In this document: positions 8,210 through 17,817 of the stretch, in pieces
Numbering within the stretch: position 1 is the first letter of the stretch
Layout of the letters: each line of letters opens with the position of its first letter
Virus record (IMG/VR): IMGVR_UViG_3300036987_000305
Span: 1-61,949 of that record
Reading direction: 5' to 3' (one strand)
Source of the DNA: a virus
Taxonomy: Duplodnaviria; Caudoviricetes
Length of the DNA stretch: 61,949 nucleotides
Notes under the pieces: generated by a model
Database searches by the model: none
What the model was told of the DNA's origin: nothing
What the model saw: only the letters and a program-made list of their open reading frames with translations
Program-made: the position numbers and the translations under genes

Positions 8210-9375
8210 TGAAACATTCGATTTTAGGGGCGTCAAGTTCCGGCCGGTGGCTGGCGTGCCCGGGGTCGGTCAGGCTGTCGAAGGGCATGCCGAAGAGCAC
8301 AAGCGCGTACGCGGCTGAAGGCACCGCGGCGCATGAGCTCGGCGAGATGTGTTTGCGGTCGGGGAATAACGCGGCTGATCATATTGGTGCGGTTATGACG
8401 GTCCAGGGCACAGCGTTTGAAGTAACCGAAGAAATGGCTGAAGCGGTGCAGGTGTATCTTGATACAGTTCGTGCGGATCTGGCCGCAGTGGGGAAGGGCG
8501 CCGTTTTTATGATCGAGAACAAGTTCCGATTGGACTGGTTGTACCCGGGACTTTTCGGAACAAATGACGCTTTGGTCGGCGAGCCCTTCGGCGTGTTAAA
8601 GATTTTTGATTATAAACACGGGGTTGGGGTGGCTGTCGAGGTTGAGGACAACACCCAGATGATGTATTACGCGCTGGGCGGCGCCAAGGGAGAGACGTAT
8701 GAAGACGTCGAGCTCGTAGTTGTCCAGCCCAGGGCGCCGCATTCCGACGGCCGGGTTCGCCGGCAGCGTATGCCAATCGAGGAGCTCATGCGATGGGCGC
8801 AGGAAGTTCTCCTCCCGGGGGCGAAAGCGACCGAGGATCCGAGCGCGCCATTGGACACCGGGGATCATTGCCGTTTTTGCCCGGCGCTGGCGGTGTGCCC
8901 ACTACAGAAGGAGCGTGCCATGACGATTGCCGCGGAAGTATTTGCGCCGGTACCATCGGCGCCGCCGAGCCCGGAAGCGATTCCGTACGAAAAGCTGCGG
9001 CAGATTCTCGACAAGGCTGATCTGATCGAAGCATGGTTGAAAGCGTGCAGGGAGCACGTCAAGGCCTTGCTGGAGACCGGGAAAGCATCGGCGGAGGAGG
9101 TAGGGTATAAACTGGTCCCCGGGAGAGCGTCCAGGAAGTGGGTGGACGACAAGGAGGCGGAGACCTGGCTGGAGGCCATGCTCGGGGATGAGGCATACGT
9201 GCCACGAAAGTTGGTAAGCGTAGCACAAGCCGAGAAAGTGCTGAAAGGGCCGGCGAAGAAAGCCCTGGCCGAGATGATCTCCGAAGTGCGGGGCGTGTCC
9301 ATGGTCCCGATCAGCGACAAACGTGAAGCCTTGGCGCCGTCGGCGACCACGGCATTCGAGGAGGTGGAGGTATGA
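8209..9375 (+). CDS. DUF2800-type PD-(D/E)XK (Cas4-like) nuclease
   Basis: HSILGASSSGRWLACPGS, AEGTAAH, FGTND, IFDYKHG, QMMYYALG, HCRFCPA; typical neighbour of DUF2815 and PolA. Confidence 0.85.
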   Translation: MKHSILGASSSGRWLACPGSVRLSKGMPKSTSAYAAEGTAAHELGEMCLRSGNNAADHIGAVMTVQGTAFEVTEEMAEAVQVYLDTVRADLAAVGKGAVFMIENKFRLDWLYPGLFGTNDALVGEPFGVLKIFDYKHGVGVAVEVEDNTQMMYYALGGAKGETYEDVELVVVQPRAPHSDGRVRRQRMPIEELMRWAQEVLLPGAKATEDPSAPLDTGDHCRFCPALAVCPLQKERAMTIAAEVFAPVPSAPPSPEAIPYEKLRQILDKADLIEAWLKACREHVKALLETGKASAEEVGYKLVPGRASRKWVDDKEAETWLEAMLGDEAYVPRKLVSVAQAEKVLKGPAKKALAEMISEVRGVSMVPISDKREALAPSATTAFEEVEV

Positions 9376-9668
9376 AAACTCTAACCAAGACCTATCTGGC
9401 GGCGCTGGTGGTGAAATCGGCTCGTCAGGCGATTTCCCAGGGGGAGGCGGTAGACCTGATCGAAACCCTTATGGACCTGCTCGTCTGCCACTTCCAGAAC
9501 GGGGGAGAAAAAGTTACTTTAAGGGGGTTTGGCACGTTTAAACTCCGAAAGCGGAGAGCTTTTACAGGGAGTAACCCGAACACCGGAGCCGCGATACAGA
9601 TCCCCGAGGCGTTGTCAATCACTTTTAAACCCGGCGCCGAGACGCTTCGCCGCCTTAACTTGAAGTAG
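9372..9668 (+). CDS. HU/IHF-family DNA-binding protein
   Basis: VTLRGFGTFKLRKR...GSNPNTGAAIQIP...ITFKPG signature. Confidence 0.9.
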   Translation: MKTLTKTYLAALVVKSARQAISQGEAVDLIETLMDLLVCHFQNGGEKVTLRGFGTFKLRKRRAFTGSNPNTGAAIQIPEALSITFKPGAETLRRLNLK

Positions 9669-9684
9669 AAAGGAGAAAAGAATT

Positions 9685-10335
9685 ATGAGCGACGAGAAAA
9701 AATCCAACAGTATTATCACGGTCCCGTTCCGCCTGGCGTTTCCGGAGGTGTTCACGGCCAAAGCCAGCGTCGAGGGCGGGAAGGCGAAGTTCTCGGTGAC
9801 CATGCTTTACCCGAAAGACGGGTCGGCGCTGATTCCCTCTATGCCGGGCGATGGGATCCTCGAGCTCCGCAAGCTGGCCTTGGCGGCGATCAAGGAGAAA
9901 TGGGGCGAGGACAAAACCAAGTGGCCGGCGTCCATAAAGGCGATCGATCTGAAGACGTACGTGAGCCCGAACGGTAAGGATGGCTGGCCGATCCGTGATG
10001 GGAACCTGGTGGAATGGGACGGCTTCGCGGGGCAGCTGTTTGTCCGGGCGTCCTCGCAGTTTCAGCCCGGGATCGTTGATCAGAAACTCCAGCCGATCAT
10101 CGACAAGTCCGCGGTGTACGGCGGGCTCATATGCCGCGCTCAGGTGAACGCGTTCGCATATGACAACGCCGGCAACCGTGGGGTGTCGTTCGGGTTGAAC
10201 AATCTCCAGGTCCTGAAGGACGACGGGGTGGTCTTTGGTGGCAAGCAGAATGCGGCTGAGGTCTTTGACGCCTTCGCGGCTTCCGGGGATCTGGCTTCCG
10301 GCGGTAGCACCGGCCCCGACGACGATTTCGCGTAA
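9685..10335 (+). CDS. DUF2815-type single-stranded DNA-binding protein
   Basis: RLAFPEVF, KFSVTML, IRDG, VYGG, GNRGVSFGLNNLQ; acidic tail ending DDDFA. Confidence 0.88.
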   Translation: MSDEKKSNSIITVPFRLAFPEVFTAKASVEGGKAKFSVTMLYPKDGSALIPSMPGDGILELRKLALAAIKEKWGEDKTKWPASIKAIDLKTYVSPNGKDGWPIRDGNLVEWDGFAGQLFVRASSQFQPGIVDQKLQPIIDKSAVYGGLICRAQVNAFAYDNAGNRGVSFGLNNLQVLKDDGVVFGGKQNAAEVFDAFAASGDLASGGSTGPDDDFA

Positions 10336-10342
10336 ACGGCCT

Positions 10343-10374
10343 GTTCCCGCCCAGGTATAATCCTGGGCGGGAAC
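10343..10374 (+). terminator. Strong hairpin after the SSB gene
   Basis: gttcccgcccagg-tataat-cctgggcgggaac is a perfect 13-bp stem; no clear U tract. Confidence 0.55.
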
Positions 10375-10414
10375 GTACCAAAATTGACACATTGTTCCTG
10401 GGGAGGAATAAGGC

Positions 10415-10924
10415 ATGTTCTGGTTTACGTCCGACGAACACTACAACCACCACGGCATCATCATCCATGCGCACCGGCCGTTCTGGCGGTGGCAAGATAT
10501 GAACGCGGAGATCATCAAGCGCCACAACTCGCGGGTGAAATCGAACGATACCGTGTTCCACCTGGGCGATTTCAAGATGGGCGCAAACGGGTCGAACAGC
10601 CACGAACTGATCGGCATGCTCAATGGCCGGCACGTGTTTGTCTGCGGCAACCACGACAAGAACAACGGCACGAACACGCCGATGAAGTACGCGGTCATAC
10701 AGACGTACGGCTTAACCATACTGCTGGCCCATAGGCCGGAAGATGCTGCGATGATCATGGCCAACGGCGGAATCGACATGGCGTTTGTGGGCCATGTGCA
10801 TCACAATTGGAAGTTCAAGCCGGGCATGGTCAATGTAGGCGTCGACGTGTGGGACTTCTATCCGGTCGATGCCAAACAGATTCTCAAAGCATACAAGGGG
10901 TGGCAGAATGGTATTAGTAATTGA
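10415..10924 (+). CDS. Calcineurin-like metallophosphoesterase
   Basis: FTSDEHYNH, HLGDF, GNHD, HRP, GHVH, NVGVDVW motifs. Confidence 0.88.
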   Translation: MFWFTSDEHYNHHGIIIHAHRPFWRWQDMNAEIIKRHNSRVKSNDTVFHLGDFKMGANGSNSHELIGMLNGRHVFVCGNHDKNNGTNTPMKYAVIQTYGLTILLAHRPEDAAMIMANGGIDMAFVGHVHHNWKFKPGMVNVGVDVWDFYPVDAKQILKAYKGWQNGISN

Positions 10925-12911
10925 TTTTGAGACAAGATCCGCATGCGACCTGAAGAAACATGGCGCCTTCGTCTATTCGGAGGACCCGACTACGGACGTC
11001 ACGTGCTTAGCGCTGAAGAAAAACGGGGAGCCCCCCGTTATCTGGAAGCGAGGGGATCCGCTTTGGTTCCTCCCGCTCCTCGAGGAAGCCACCGAGATTA
11101 TCGCCCACAATTTATCCTTCGAGGTGGTTATGTGGGAAAACGTCTGCGTCAAGCGCTACGGTTGGCCACCTCTTCCCGCCGAGAAACTTCGGTGTAGCGC
11201 GGCCCAAGGTGCTATGCACGCCATTCCCCGGGCGCTGGGGAATGCGTGTGCGGCCTTGGGGATGGAACAGCAGAAGGATAACGACGGCTACCGGATCATG
11301 ATGAAGCTATGTAAACCCCGGAAGCCTAAGCAGGACGAGGATCCGGACGGCCTCTACTGGAATGAAGACCCCGCGGATTTTGAAAAGCTGTACAAGTATT
11401 GCGCCCAGGATACTATAGCAGAGGAAGCGCTGTCGAATGCGCTTCGGCCGCTGCCGCTCAAGGAGTTGGAGATCTGGAGACTTGATCAGCAGATAAACGC
11501 CCGGGGCATCCAGATCGACCTCGACGGCGCCAGGGCAATGCTGGCCATGGTCGCCGAGCACGAAACAAAACTGCTCAAGCGGCTCGCACGGTTGACCAGC
11601 GGAGCTGTACGAACAGCCAAGCAGGTCGAGCAGCTGCGTAATCACCTTCGCGGCCTGGGCCTGGATCTCCCCGACCTTACCGCAAAGACCGTGAAGGACG
11701 CCTTAGATGGCGACAATTTGTCACCGGCTGTTCGGGAGATCCTGGAGATTCGTCGATCGTTGGGCAGGTCCTCATCGGCCAAATATAACTCGATGATCGA
11801 CCGAGCCAGTGCTGACGGCAGGGTGCGTGGATCGTTGCTTTATCATGGGGCTGGAACTGGCCGCTGGGCGGGTGCGGGAATCCAGCCACAAAATTTTCCG
11901 TCCCGCATTAAGGTCTCCGCCTCTGTTGAGGAGATGCTGGAGGTCGTCAAAATAGGCGGCCTGGCTCTCCACGATGCCCTCTACGGAGATGACCCTATGA
12001 TGACGGCCGGTGCATTGGTCCGATCGGTTATAACGGCAGCAGAGGGCAAGGAGCTCGTTGTGGCCGATTATTCGGCGATCGAGGGTCGGGGCTTGGCCTG
12101 GTTGGCGGGGGAGGAGACCGAGCTGAAGAACTACCGCGAGGGATTGGACGTGTACATCGCCAATGCAGCCATGATTCTGCACAAAAGGTACGAAGAAGTG
12201 ACGAAGGAAGAGCGCCAAAGCCCTGGAAAATTATCTGTACTTTCGTGCGGTTATGGCGGAAGCGCTGGTGCGGTAAGGAAGTTTGGGGGTGATGTACCGT
12301 TTCGGCTCCTCTGGGAAGGGTCTCTGGCCGGGAAAGCCCTGGAGGATCAGATCGACGAGGACATCAAGCGCGAGATCGTCAACCCGTGGAGGGAGACTCA
12401 CCCCAGGACGGTGGCCTTCTGGTACGACCTGGAGCGAGCGTGCATGGACGCGGTGGCCAATCCGGGGACGGTGGAGACTTGCCGGGGCGCCAGCTTCTCA
12501 GTCCGCGACAAGTTCTTGATGTGCAGATTGCCCTCGGGCCGGTTGCTCTTCTACTACGATCCGAAGATCATGGCCATGAAGACCTCCTGGGGGGAGATGA
12601 AGGACTGCGTGACGTACATGACCGTGGACAGCTTGACGAAGAAGTGGGTAAGAACCAATACATACGGGGGCAAAATCAGTGAGAATCTTTGCCAGAGCAT
12701 ATGCCGGGACATCATGGCCGAAGCGATGCTGAGACTGGAAGAAGCTGGATACCCGATCGTGATGACAGTCCATGACGAAATTGTTTGTGAGGTCCCGATC
12801 GGCTTTGGGTCCGTCGAGGAGTTCGAGCGAATCATGTGCCAGGTGCCGGCATGGGCGACGGGGTTCCCGATCGCCGCGGCTGGATGGAGAGGGAAACGGT
12901 ATAGGAAATAG
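10908..12911 (+). CDS. Family A DNA polymerase with 3'-5' exonuclease domain
   Basis: IDFETRS (ExoI), AHNLSFE, TGRWAG, QPQN, motif A ADYSAIE, motif B RQSPGKLSVLSCGYG, motif C VHDEI. Confidence 0.93.
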   Translation: MVLVIDFETRSACDLKKHGAFVYSEDPTTDVTCLALKKNGEPPVIWKRGDPLWFLPLLEEATEIIAHNLSFEVVMWENVCVKRYGWPPLPAEKLRCSAAQGAMHAIPRALGNACAALGMEQQKDNDGYRIMMKLCKPRKPKQDEDPDGLYWNEDPADFEKLYKYCAQDTIAEEALSNALRPLPLKELEIWRLDQQINARGIQIDLDGARAMLAMVAEHETKLLKRLARLTSGAVRTAKQVEQLRNHLRGLGLDLPDLTAKTVKDALDGDNLSPAVREILEIRRSLGRSSSAKYNSMIDRASADGRVRGSLLYHGAGTGRWAGAGIQPQNFPSRIKVSASVEEMLEVVKIGGLALHDALYGDDPMMTAGALVRSVITAAEGKELVVADYSAIEGRGLAWLAGEETELKNYREGLDVYIANAAMILHKRYEEVTKEERQSPGKLSVLSCGYGGSAGAVRKFGGDVPFRLLWEGSLAGKALEDQIDEDIKREIVNPWRETHPRTVAFWYDLERACMDAVANPGTVETCRGASFSVRDKFLMCRLPSGRLLFYYDPKIMAMKTSWGEMKDCVTYMTVDSLTKKWVRTNTYGGKISENLCQSICRDIMAEAMLRLEEAGYPIVMTVHDEIVCEVPIGFGSVEEFERIMCQVPAWATGFPIAAAGWRGKRYRK

Positions 12912-12915
12912 AATT

Positions 12916-13155
12916 GGTCACGGCTCATTGAGGGCAGTCGTCACTAAGACGTAGCGTGGGGTCTCACCTTGCAGTAGAGCGTCCTTTTCTCGTAGAGATA
13001 GGATGTAGCCTAGTCGGAGAATGGGAATGGCTAGAACATCACGCAACTGAGCGACCTGGAAGCCGTGACCTTTAATAAACTGGCGGTGCTCTCGAAAGAG
13101 GGTGAGGATAATCAGAGTAGCAGGAAGTAAGAATATATCCAATCCTGCCATCGCC
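12916..13155 (+). ncRNA. Candidate structured non-coding RNA(s) between polA and the accessory genes
   Basis: Perfect 10-bp closing stem ggtcacggct/agccgtgacc with nested stems. A second domain has ggcggtg/catcgcc, ctctc-gaaa-gaggg and gcagga/tcctgc. Confidence 0.5.
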
Positions 13156-13178
13156 TTCATGGAGAAAAGGAGGAGAAG

Positions 13179-13622
13179 ATGAAAACAGTCTACGCAGTTA
13201 CCGAGGGATGCTATGATGACTATCACGTTGTGGCACTTTTTTCAACGCGGGAACTGGCCAAACAATTTATATCGGTTATGGAGGAGCGCACAGACACAAG
13301 ATACGACGAGTTTAATCCTATCGAGGAAATTGCAGTAGACCCTCCGGTAGTGGATATGCTCCAGCGAGGATACACGATCTGGAGTGTGTATATGCTCCGA
13401 GATGGAGAAACGGAGCGTGTTAAAACACACCCATATATTGGTACTTACGCAATCTCTACCGCTGGCCACGCAGATATCGTGAGGCGGACCAAAATGCCTG
13501 CATATCAAGAAACTGGCGCACAGGATATCCTTATGATGGACGTCTGGGCCAAAACTGAGCAGGATGCGATCAAGGTTGTGGATGAGAAGCGGGTTCAACT
13601 GATCTACGCAGGGAAATGGTGA
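13179..13622 (+). CDS. Hypothetical phage accessory protein
   Basis: AGGAGG RBS; MKTVYAVTEGCYDDYHVVALFSTRELA start, a common small-phage-protein pattern. Confidence 0.75.
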   Translation: MKTVYAVTEGCYDDYHVVALFSTRELAKQFISVMEERTDTRYDEFNPIEEIAVDPPVVDMLQRGYTIWSVYMLRDGETERVKTHPYIGTYAISTAGHADIVRRTKMPAYQETGAQDILMMDVWAKTEQDAIKVVDEKRVQLIYAGKW

Positions 13623-13677
13623 TAAGGAGGGAGAGAATGAAGTGTCAATTCGAATGCAAGAAGGCAAAAGGGAAACG

Positions 13678-13974
13678 ATGGACCGATATTCAATAATATC
13701 CTACATAAACGGTGCGATAATGGAGACAGACTCCACCGGAGATTACGTCCTCTACTCCGACCACAAGGCCGCGATGGAGGAGAAGGATAAGTACTGTGGT
13801 GATGTGTGCGACCAATGGTTGCTCACCGTTCAAGGCAAGGAAAAGCAGATTGCCTCCCTCACCGCAGAACGGGACAGATTGAAAACGGCGTTGGAGGAGA
13901 TCGAGACAATGGCGACCATCGAGAATGTTCCGATTATAAGGATCGCCCAAGCAGCCCTCAAGGGTGGGAGGTGA
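13678..13974 (+). CDS. Hypothetical coiled-coil accessory protein
   Basis: GDYVLYSDH motif followed by heptad-rich C-terminus; start codon uncertain (13642 or 13678). Confidence 0.6.
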   Translation: MDRYSIISYINGAIMETDSTGDYVLYSDHKAAMEEKDKYCGDVCDQWLLTVQGKEKQIASLTAERDRLKTALEEIETMATIENVPIIRIAQAALKGGR

Positions 13975-13978
13975 AGGG

Positions 13979-14161
13979 ATGAGTTACGAACACAGAAGCT
14001 ATGTATGCAATCTATTGTCACCAGCAGATTGTCGTCACAAAATAGACGGGAAGCTTGCGTTTGTAGAGCTATGTGGAGGCAATTCCTTGTACGATGAAAT
14101 TAAGGAGTGCCCATACAGATTATCAGTAGAGATCAAGGAGGTGAATCATGGCAACGTGTGA
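13979..14161 (+). CDS. Small Cys-containing hypothetical protein
   Basis: GGAGG RBS; tightly packed in the operon. Confidence 0.5.
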   Translation: MSYEHRSYVCNLLSPADCRHKIDGKLAFVELCGGNSLYDEIKECPYRLSVEIKEVNHGNV

Positions 14162-14333
14162 AAAGTGTTGGGGAGATGCCTACATGAGGGCTTTGACAAA
14201 TCCCTCGAAATCGCAAGCCGATCACTATCACGATTTAATTCCGGAACGAAAAGACAACCCGTGTACTCCGCGTGAACAAGCGGGACAGTTTTGGGAGGAT
14301 AAGAATGAACCCACTCAACCATGCATCACTTGA
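14148..14333 (+). CDS. Small hypothetical protein
   Basis: AAGGAGG RBS; MATCEKCW start. Confidence 0.55.
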   Translation: MATCEKCWGDAYMRALTNPSKSQADHYHDLIPERKDNPCTPREQAGQFWEDKNEPTQPCIT

Positions 14334-14691
14334 AGCAGCACAGAGACTCGCCGCTGCGGGGATTGTGATTCATACAGACGCATATTGGTGTCTGGAGCCC
14401 GAAGAGCAAGAATGGGATCTGCTTTCAGTAGACTACTGCCCAGCGTTCGGTTTCGGTGAAAGTTACCCAGCCCCTTCAATGGCCGAGGTCTGGAGGGAGT
14501 TGCCAGGAGAGATTGAGTTAAATTACACCCTTGATGTGACTAAGATAGGGGGTGAAACTCAGGCTCTTTACTCTAAGATAGATGGTTTTGATAACTACTG
14601 CACTAAAGGGAGTGGTGGTAGCGCCAACCCCACAGACGCCCTGATCGACCTTCTAATCTGGATCAAAGCGCAGGGAAAGGAGAAGATATGA
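14305..14691 (+). CDS. Hypothetical phage protein
   Basis: GGAGG RBS; SLEAAQRLAAAG...YPAPSMAEVWRELP pattern. Confidence 0.7.
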   Translation: MNPLNHASLEAAQRLAAAGIVIHTDAYWCLEPEEQEWDLLSVDYCPAFGFGESYPAPSMAEVWRELPGEIELNYTLDVTKIGGETQALYSKIDGFDNYCTKGSGGSANPTDALIDLLIWIKAQGKEKI

Positions 14692-14803
14692 TAGAGGCTC
14701 TATTAGCTATAAACACCGGCATGCTGGTTTGTCTTCTCCTTATTGAGTTTCCACTTACCAGCGCCTTACTCAAAGCACTTGTCGCGCAGGAAGGGGTGAA
14801 AAT

Positions 14804-15103
14804 ATGAAACTCACCGACGAGCAGAGGAAGAGATTGACCAGGTATCTTGGCGAAGGATGGTGTGAACCTTACCTTGTGCCAGTTTGTGGTGAGAAGGAAT
14901 CATTTAAGACTATCGATCCCAACCGCACCTTCGACAACTGGACCGATCTCGGAGTCTTGAAAGAGAAGATCGAGGAGAAGGGGGAGTGGGGAGAGTTCTA
15001 TGATTACTCTAAGGATATGTGGATGTCCCCATCTCGATTCTTCGCCTTGGTTTTGGAATGGCTGGAAGGAAAGGAGGTAGCATGTACTGTCCAAAATGCC
15101 TGA
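14804..15103 (+). CDS. Hypothetical phage protein
   Basis: Open frame with a purine-rich RBS in the co-oriented cluster. Confidence 0.6.
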   Translation: MKLTDEQRKRLTRYLGEGWCEPYLVPVCGEKESFKTIDPNRTFDNWTDLGVLKEKIEEKGEWGEFYDYSKDMWMSPSRFFALVLEWLEGKEVACTVQNA

Positions 15104-15214
15104 AGCTGCGCAACCGAAAGCAGTGGATGAATCGGATTTATGACGCTCTCATGAAAAAGTTTCGGCGCGAATGTCCGTTTTGTTTGTATTCCTGTGATGA
15201 AGGAGAGTGAAACC

Positions 15215-15757
15215 ATGACACCAGAACAAATCAACAAGCGGTTCGCAGAGCTGGCGGGAGTTCCTTGGCATGAAAAGGCTTCGATCAAGCCAGACATATC
15301 CCCGAATGGGGCTGTTTGGGTCACGCTGGTTGTCTGCTCGTGCGGCGACGAAGTGTTTGACTGTCAATGGGCCGACCACCGTAAAAACCCCGACTTCTGC
15401 GCCGATCCCAGGCTTGTCCTGGAAGTGATGATGAAGCGACGAGATTGGAAAGATTTTGTATGGGTAGTCGGAATATATAAAGAGCAAACGAATAAAATAT
15501 ATATCTGTTACGACTACATCCGTGACACCACCGGCCTTCTGGCCCTCGCAGCAATCGAATGGATGGAGATGACGAAAACCGTCCCTGTATTCTCAAATCC
15601 TGTCTTATCCGAGTGGAAGTGTTACCTGTTCGGGGCCAGTAACAACACCATGGGAATGGTTTACAGGCCACTCGAAGGCAACGAGCCAAACTTCTTCTGG
15701 CGGTGGATGCAATACATCTGCTTCGGGAATAGGTGGGTGAAGGAGGGGAAGAAATGA
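15215..15757 (+). CDS. Hypothetical protein (NinX-like N-terminus; possible two-gene fusion)
   Basis: AAGGAG RBS; MTPEQINKRFAEL...DFCADPRLVLEV. The C-terminal MTKTVPVF...FWRWMQYICFGNRWVK segment looks like a second module. Confidence 0.6.
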   Translation: MTPEQINKRFAELAGVPWHEKASIKPDISPNGAVWVTLVVCSCGDEVFDCQWADHRKNPDFCADPRLVLEVMMKRRDWKDFVWVVGIYKEQTNKIYICYDYIRDTTGLLALAAIEWMEMTKTVPVFSNPVLSEWKCYLFGASNNTMGMVYRPLEGNEPNFFWRWMQYICFGNRWVKEGKK

Positions 15758-15999
15758 GATGCCCACACAACGACAAGGGCTACTGCCTCAAGGGAGGCTG
15801 CCCCTGTGACGGAGCGAAACGCAAGTGCATGAAAGGATGAAGCTATGAGAAAACTCTGTGACTTTATCGACTCCATTCCCTTTACCGACCTGGAGCTCGC
15901 TATCTGGTTTGCGCTGATCGCGATTACCCTATGGTGTCTGCTCCGGAAGTAGATTCCCGGAGCAGACACTGTCTTCTCTTTCCGAACAGGGCAGGAGGC

Positions 16000-16307
16000 T
16001 TATCGTCCCGCTGACCTGCAGTATGCATAAGGTACAACATTCGACGGGATGCTGCCGATAACGCTGATGTCGTTGATGATGTTCGTCAGCGATAAGGTTG
16101 TGCCGGCATAGATTTTAAGCATCGTATCCGAGACGGTCGCGGTCCCCGACAGGTTCACGTAAATGATGGCACTGGCGTGCGTGTTCTGGATCATGATATC
16201 GATCGGGTCTTTTGCCTCTCCGGTGGCGTATGGCCCCAGATTTTCTTCGCCGTACCGGTTACATCAAATGTACTCTACTTCCACTTCCACAGGTCCCCGT
16301 TTTTCAT
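16000..16307 (-). pseudogene. Probably disrupted small virion-type gene
   Basis: AAAGGAGG + ATG at 16307; TAG at codon 11; a 1-nt frame change near 16240 is needed to join the IMIQNTHASAIIYVNLSG frame. Confidence 0.5.
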
Positions 16308-16331
16308 TATAGCCTCCTTTTTCTCCAGGTA

Positions 16332-16754
16332 TTACGAAAAGAATGACGCCTCAGCCTCTCTACGGAGGATCAGCCCTCTCAATTTGCGGCCTCCTCCGTA
16401 GACCCATTTCCTCAGTTCTCTCACGGCCTCGCTATAACGCCCCTCGTTAATACGCTTCCGGAGGGTTGATCCGGCCAGCCTTGTTGCGCCGAGGTTATAC
16501 GCGAAGTCCGCTATGGCACCATGTCTTTCCCCGGCGGTCTTCGGGCAGAGAGTCTTGGATGCGATGAGATATGTAGTCGCGTCATTATGGAATCGAGCTT
16601 CCACTTGCGCGTCGGTCCACACAGTGCCCCTGGTAATATCTTTGCCGATCGCGCCTCGTCCTATCGTCCAGACTCCGGCGGGGCAAAGGTAGGCTTTAAG
16701 GTGCTTACCTTCGAAAATATCAACAAGTTTGGTTAATACTTCTCTTGCTGTCAT
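16332..16754 (-). CDS. Endolysin, GH24 phage lysozyme
   Basis: FEGKHLKAYLCPAGVWTIGRG, FAYNLG, STL, WVYGGGRKLRGLILRREAE. Confidence 0.93.
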   Translation of the reverse strand: MTAREVLTKLVDIFEGKHLKAYLCPAGVWTIGRGAIGKDITRGTVWTDAQVEARFHNDATTYLIASKTLCPKTAGERHGAIADFAYNLGATRLAGSTLRKRINEGRYSEAVRELRKWVYGGGRKLRGLILRREAEASFFS

Positions 16755-17227
16755 CGGTTAATATATTTCATCGCGCGATCCACAAACCAAAACCCAAGGA
16801 TCATCGAGAGAATTCCGGCGTCGTTATCGGTCCAGATCCGGCTCATCATATCATTGAAATCGGTGGCCATTGAAATGGAGTACGCCTTGTGGATAGAGAA
16901 TATGGCCATCCACCAGTAGGTTAATACCGGGCGCACTGATTGATTTAACCCGTCGATGAAGGGCACGCCCGTCATTTGACTCTGGCCCTTTAATGCCTCG
17001 GCGTATGCGCCCATCTCCCCGCGGATAGCTTCTAAGGCTTGATTAGCGTGGATCTTGTCGATATCTTGCTGCGCCCTGGCAGCGTCGATCTCGAGCTGTA
17101 CTTTAGTCATGCGGAATTCATGATCCTGATCGCGCTTAAGTGTGAATAGCTTAAATACCTCCGGCAGGAGTCTCATGATCCCGCCAAGCGCGCCGCCCAA
17201 AAGAGATAGTATCGTCATATAAGTCAC
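16751..17227 (-). CDS. Holin-like membrane protein (3TM/GTA-holin-like)
   Basis: Hydrophobic N-terminus, SVRPVLTY, ILGFWFVDR; adjacent to the endolysin. Confidence 0.7.
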   Translation of the reverse strand: MTYMTILSLLGGALGGIMRLLPEVFKLFTLKRDQDHEFRMTKVQLEIDAARAQQDIDKIHANQALEAIRGEMGAYAEALKGQSQMTGVPFIDGLNQSVRPVLTYWWMAIFSIHKAYSISMATDFNDMMSRIWTDNDAGILSMILGFWFVDRAMKYINR

Positions 17228-17319
17228 CTCGCTCTATTCTATTACTGCACCTGTCCCCACACCACGCGCATGGCCCCCAGTCTCTACGGCACCAAGGGAA
17301 TACGTAAATGATCCGCACG

Positions 17320-17535
17320 CTACATCACCAAATTATCCATGAAATGCTGCCCACCCTTGATCAATATCGATGGGATCGCCAGAAGGGGCTTGCCGTCCTT
17401 GTCGTAGAAACCGTGGCAAGGGATGTTTTCTATTTCAAGTATTACAAAGCCGACCGCACCTGGGATTGGGATCTTATCGCCGTTGTGCAATTGAATGATA
17501 AAGGCGAAGATAAATAGCGCGATTAGCTTTTTCAT
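17320..17535 (-). CDS. Small exported or membrane hypothetical protein
   Basis: GGAGG RBS; signal-like MKKLIALFIFAFII; ATGA overlap. Confidence 0.55.
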   Translation of the reverse strand: MKKLIALFIFAFIIQLHNGDKIPIPGAVGFVILEIENIPCHGFYDKDGKPLLAIPSILIKGGQHFMDNLVM

Positions 17536-17792
17536 TGCGTCTCCCTCCGGGCTTTGCTTTTCAGTAATGCATCCAGCACTTGTGCCTGCCCCTGCTTTAG
17601 CTCTTCCAATCCACGGGCGATGTTTACGAATTGTGTTTCCAAGCATACTATCCGTTCGGTATTACTTTGTTGCTTCGCCTTTGTTTCTTTCTGTTCCGCG
17701 CTAATATACTGCGCTGTGATAAAACCAAGGGCGACAACGAAAGCAAGAACCGCCCAGAGAGAGAATTGAACTTTCGTTTCGCCGTTTGCCAT
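17532..17792 (-). CDS. Membrane-anchored coiled-coil protein of the lysis region
   Basis: AAGGAGG RBS; one TM segment followed by heptads. Confidence 0.7.
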   Translation of the reverse strand: MANGETKVQFSLWAVLAFVVALGFITAQYISAEQKETKAKQQSNTERIVCLETQFVNIARGLEELKQGQAQVLDALLKSKARRETQ

Positions 17793-17817
17793 TATACTAC
17801 CTCCTTGTTATTATTGG

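Noticed and set aside
8209-9375. Cas4 of a CRISPR system
   Set aside because: Context (DUF2815 SSB, PolA, SNF2) is the standard phage replication/recombination module; no array or other cas genes.
12912-13170. tRNA or tmRNA
   Set aside because: No cloverleaf, T-loop GTTCRA or CCA end found by eye here or elsewhere in the window.
16275-16277. Genome-wide amber reassignment or pyrrolysine
   Set aside because: TAG serves as a normal stop for many genes (e.g. polA, capsid, scaffold) and no suppressor tRNA is seen.
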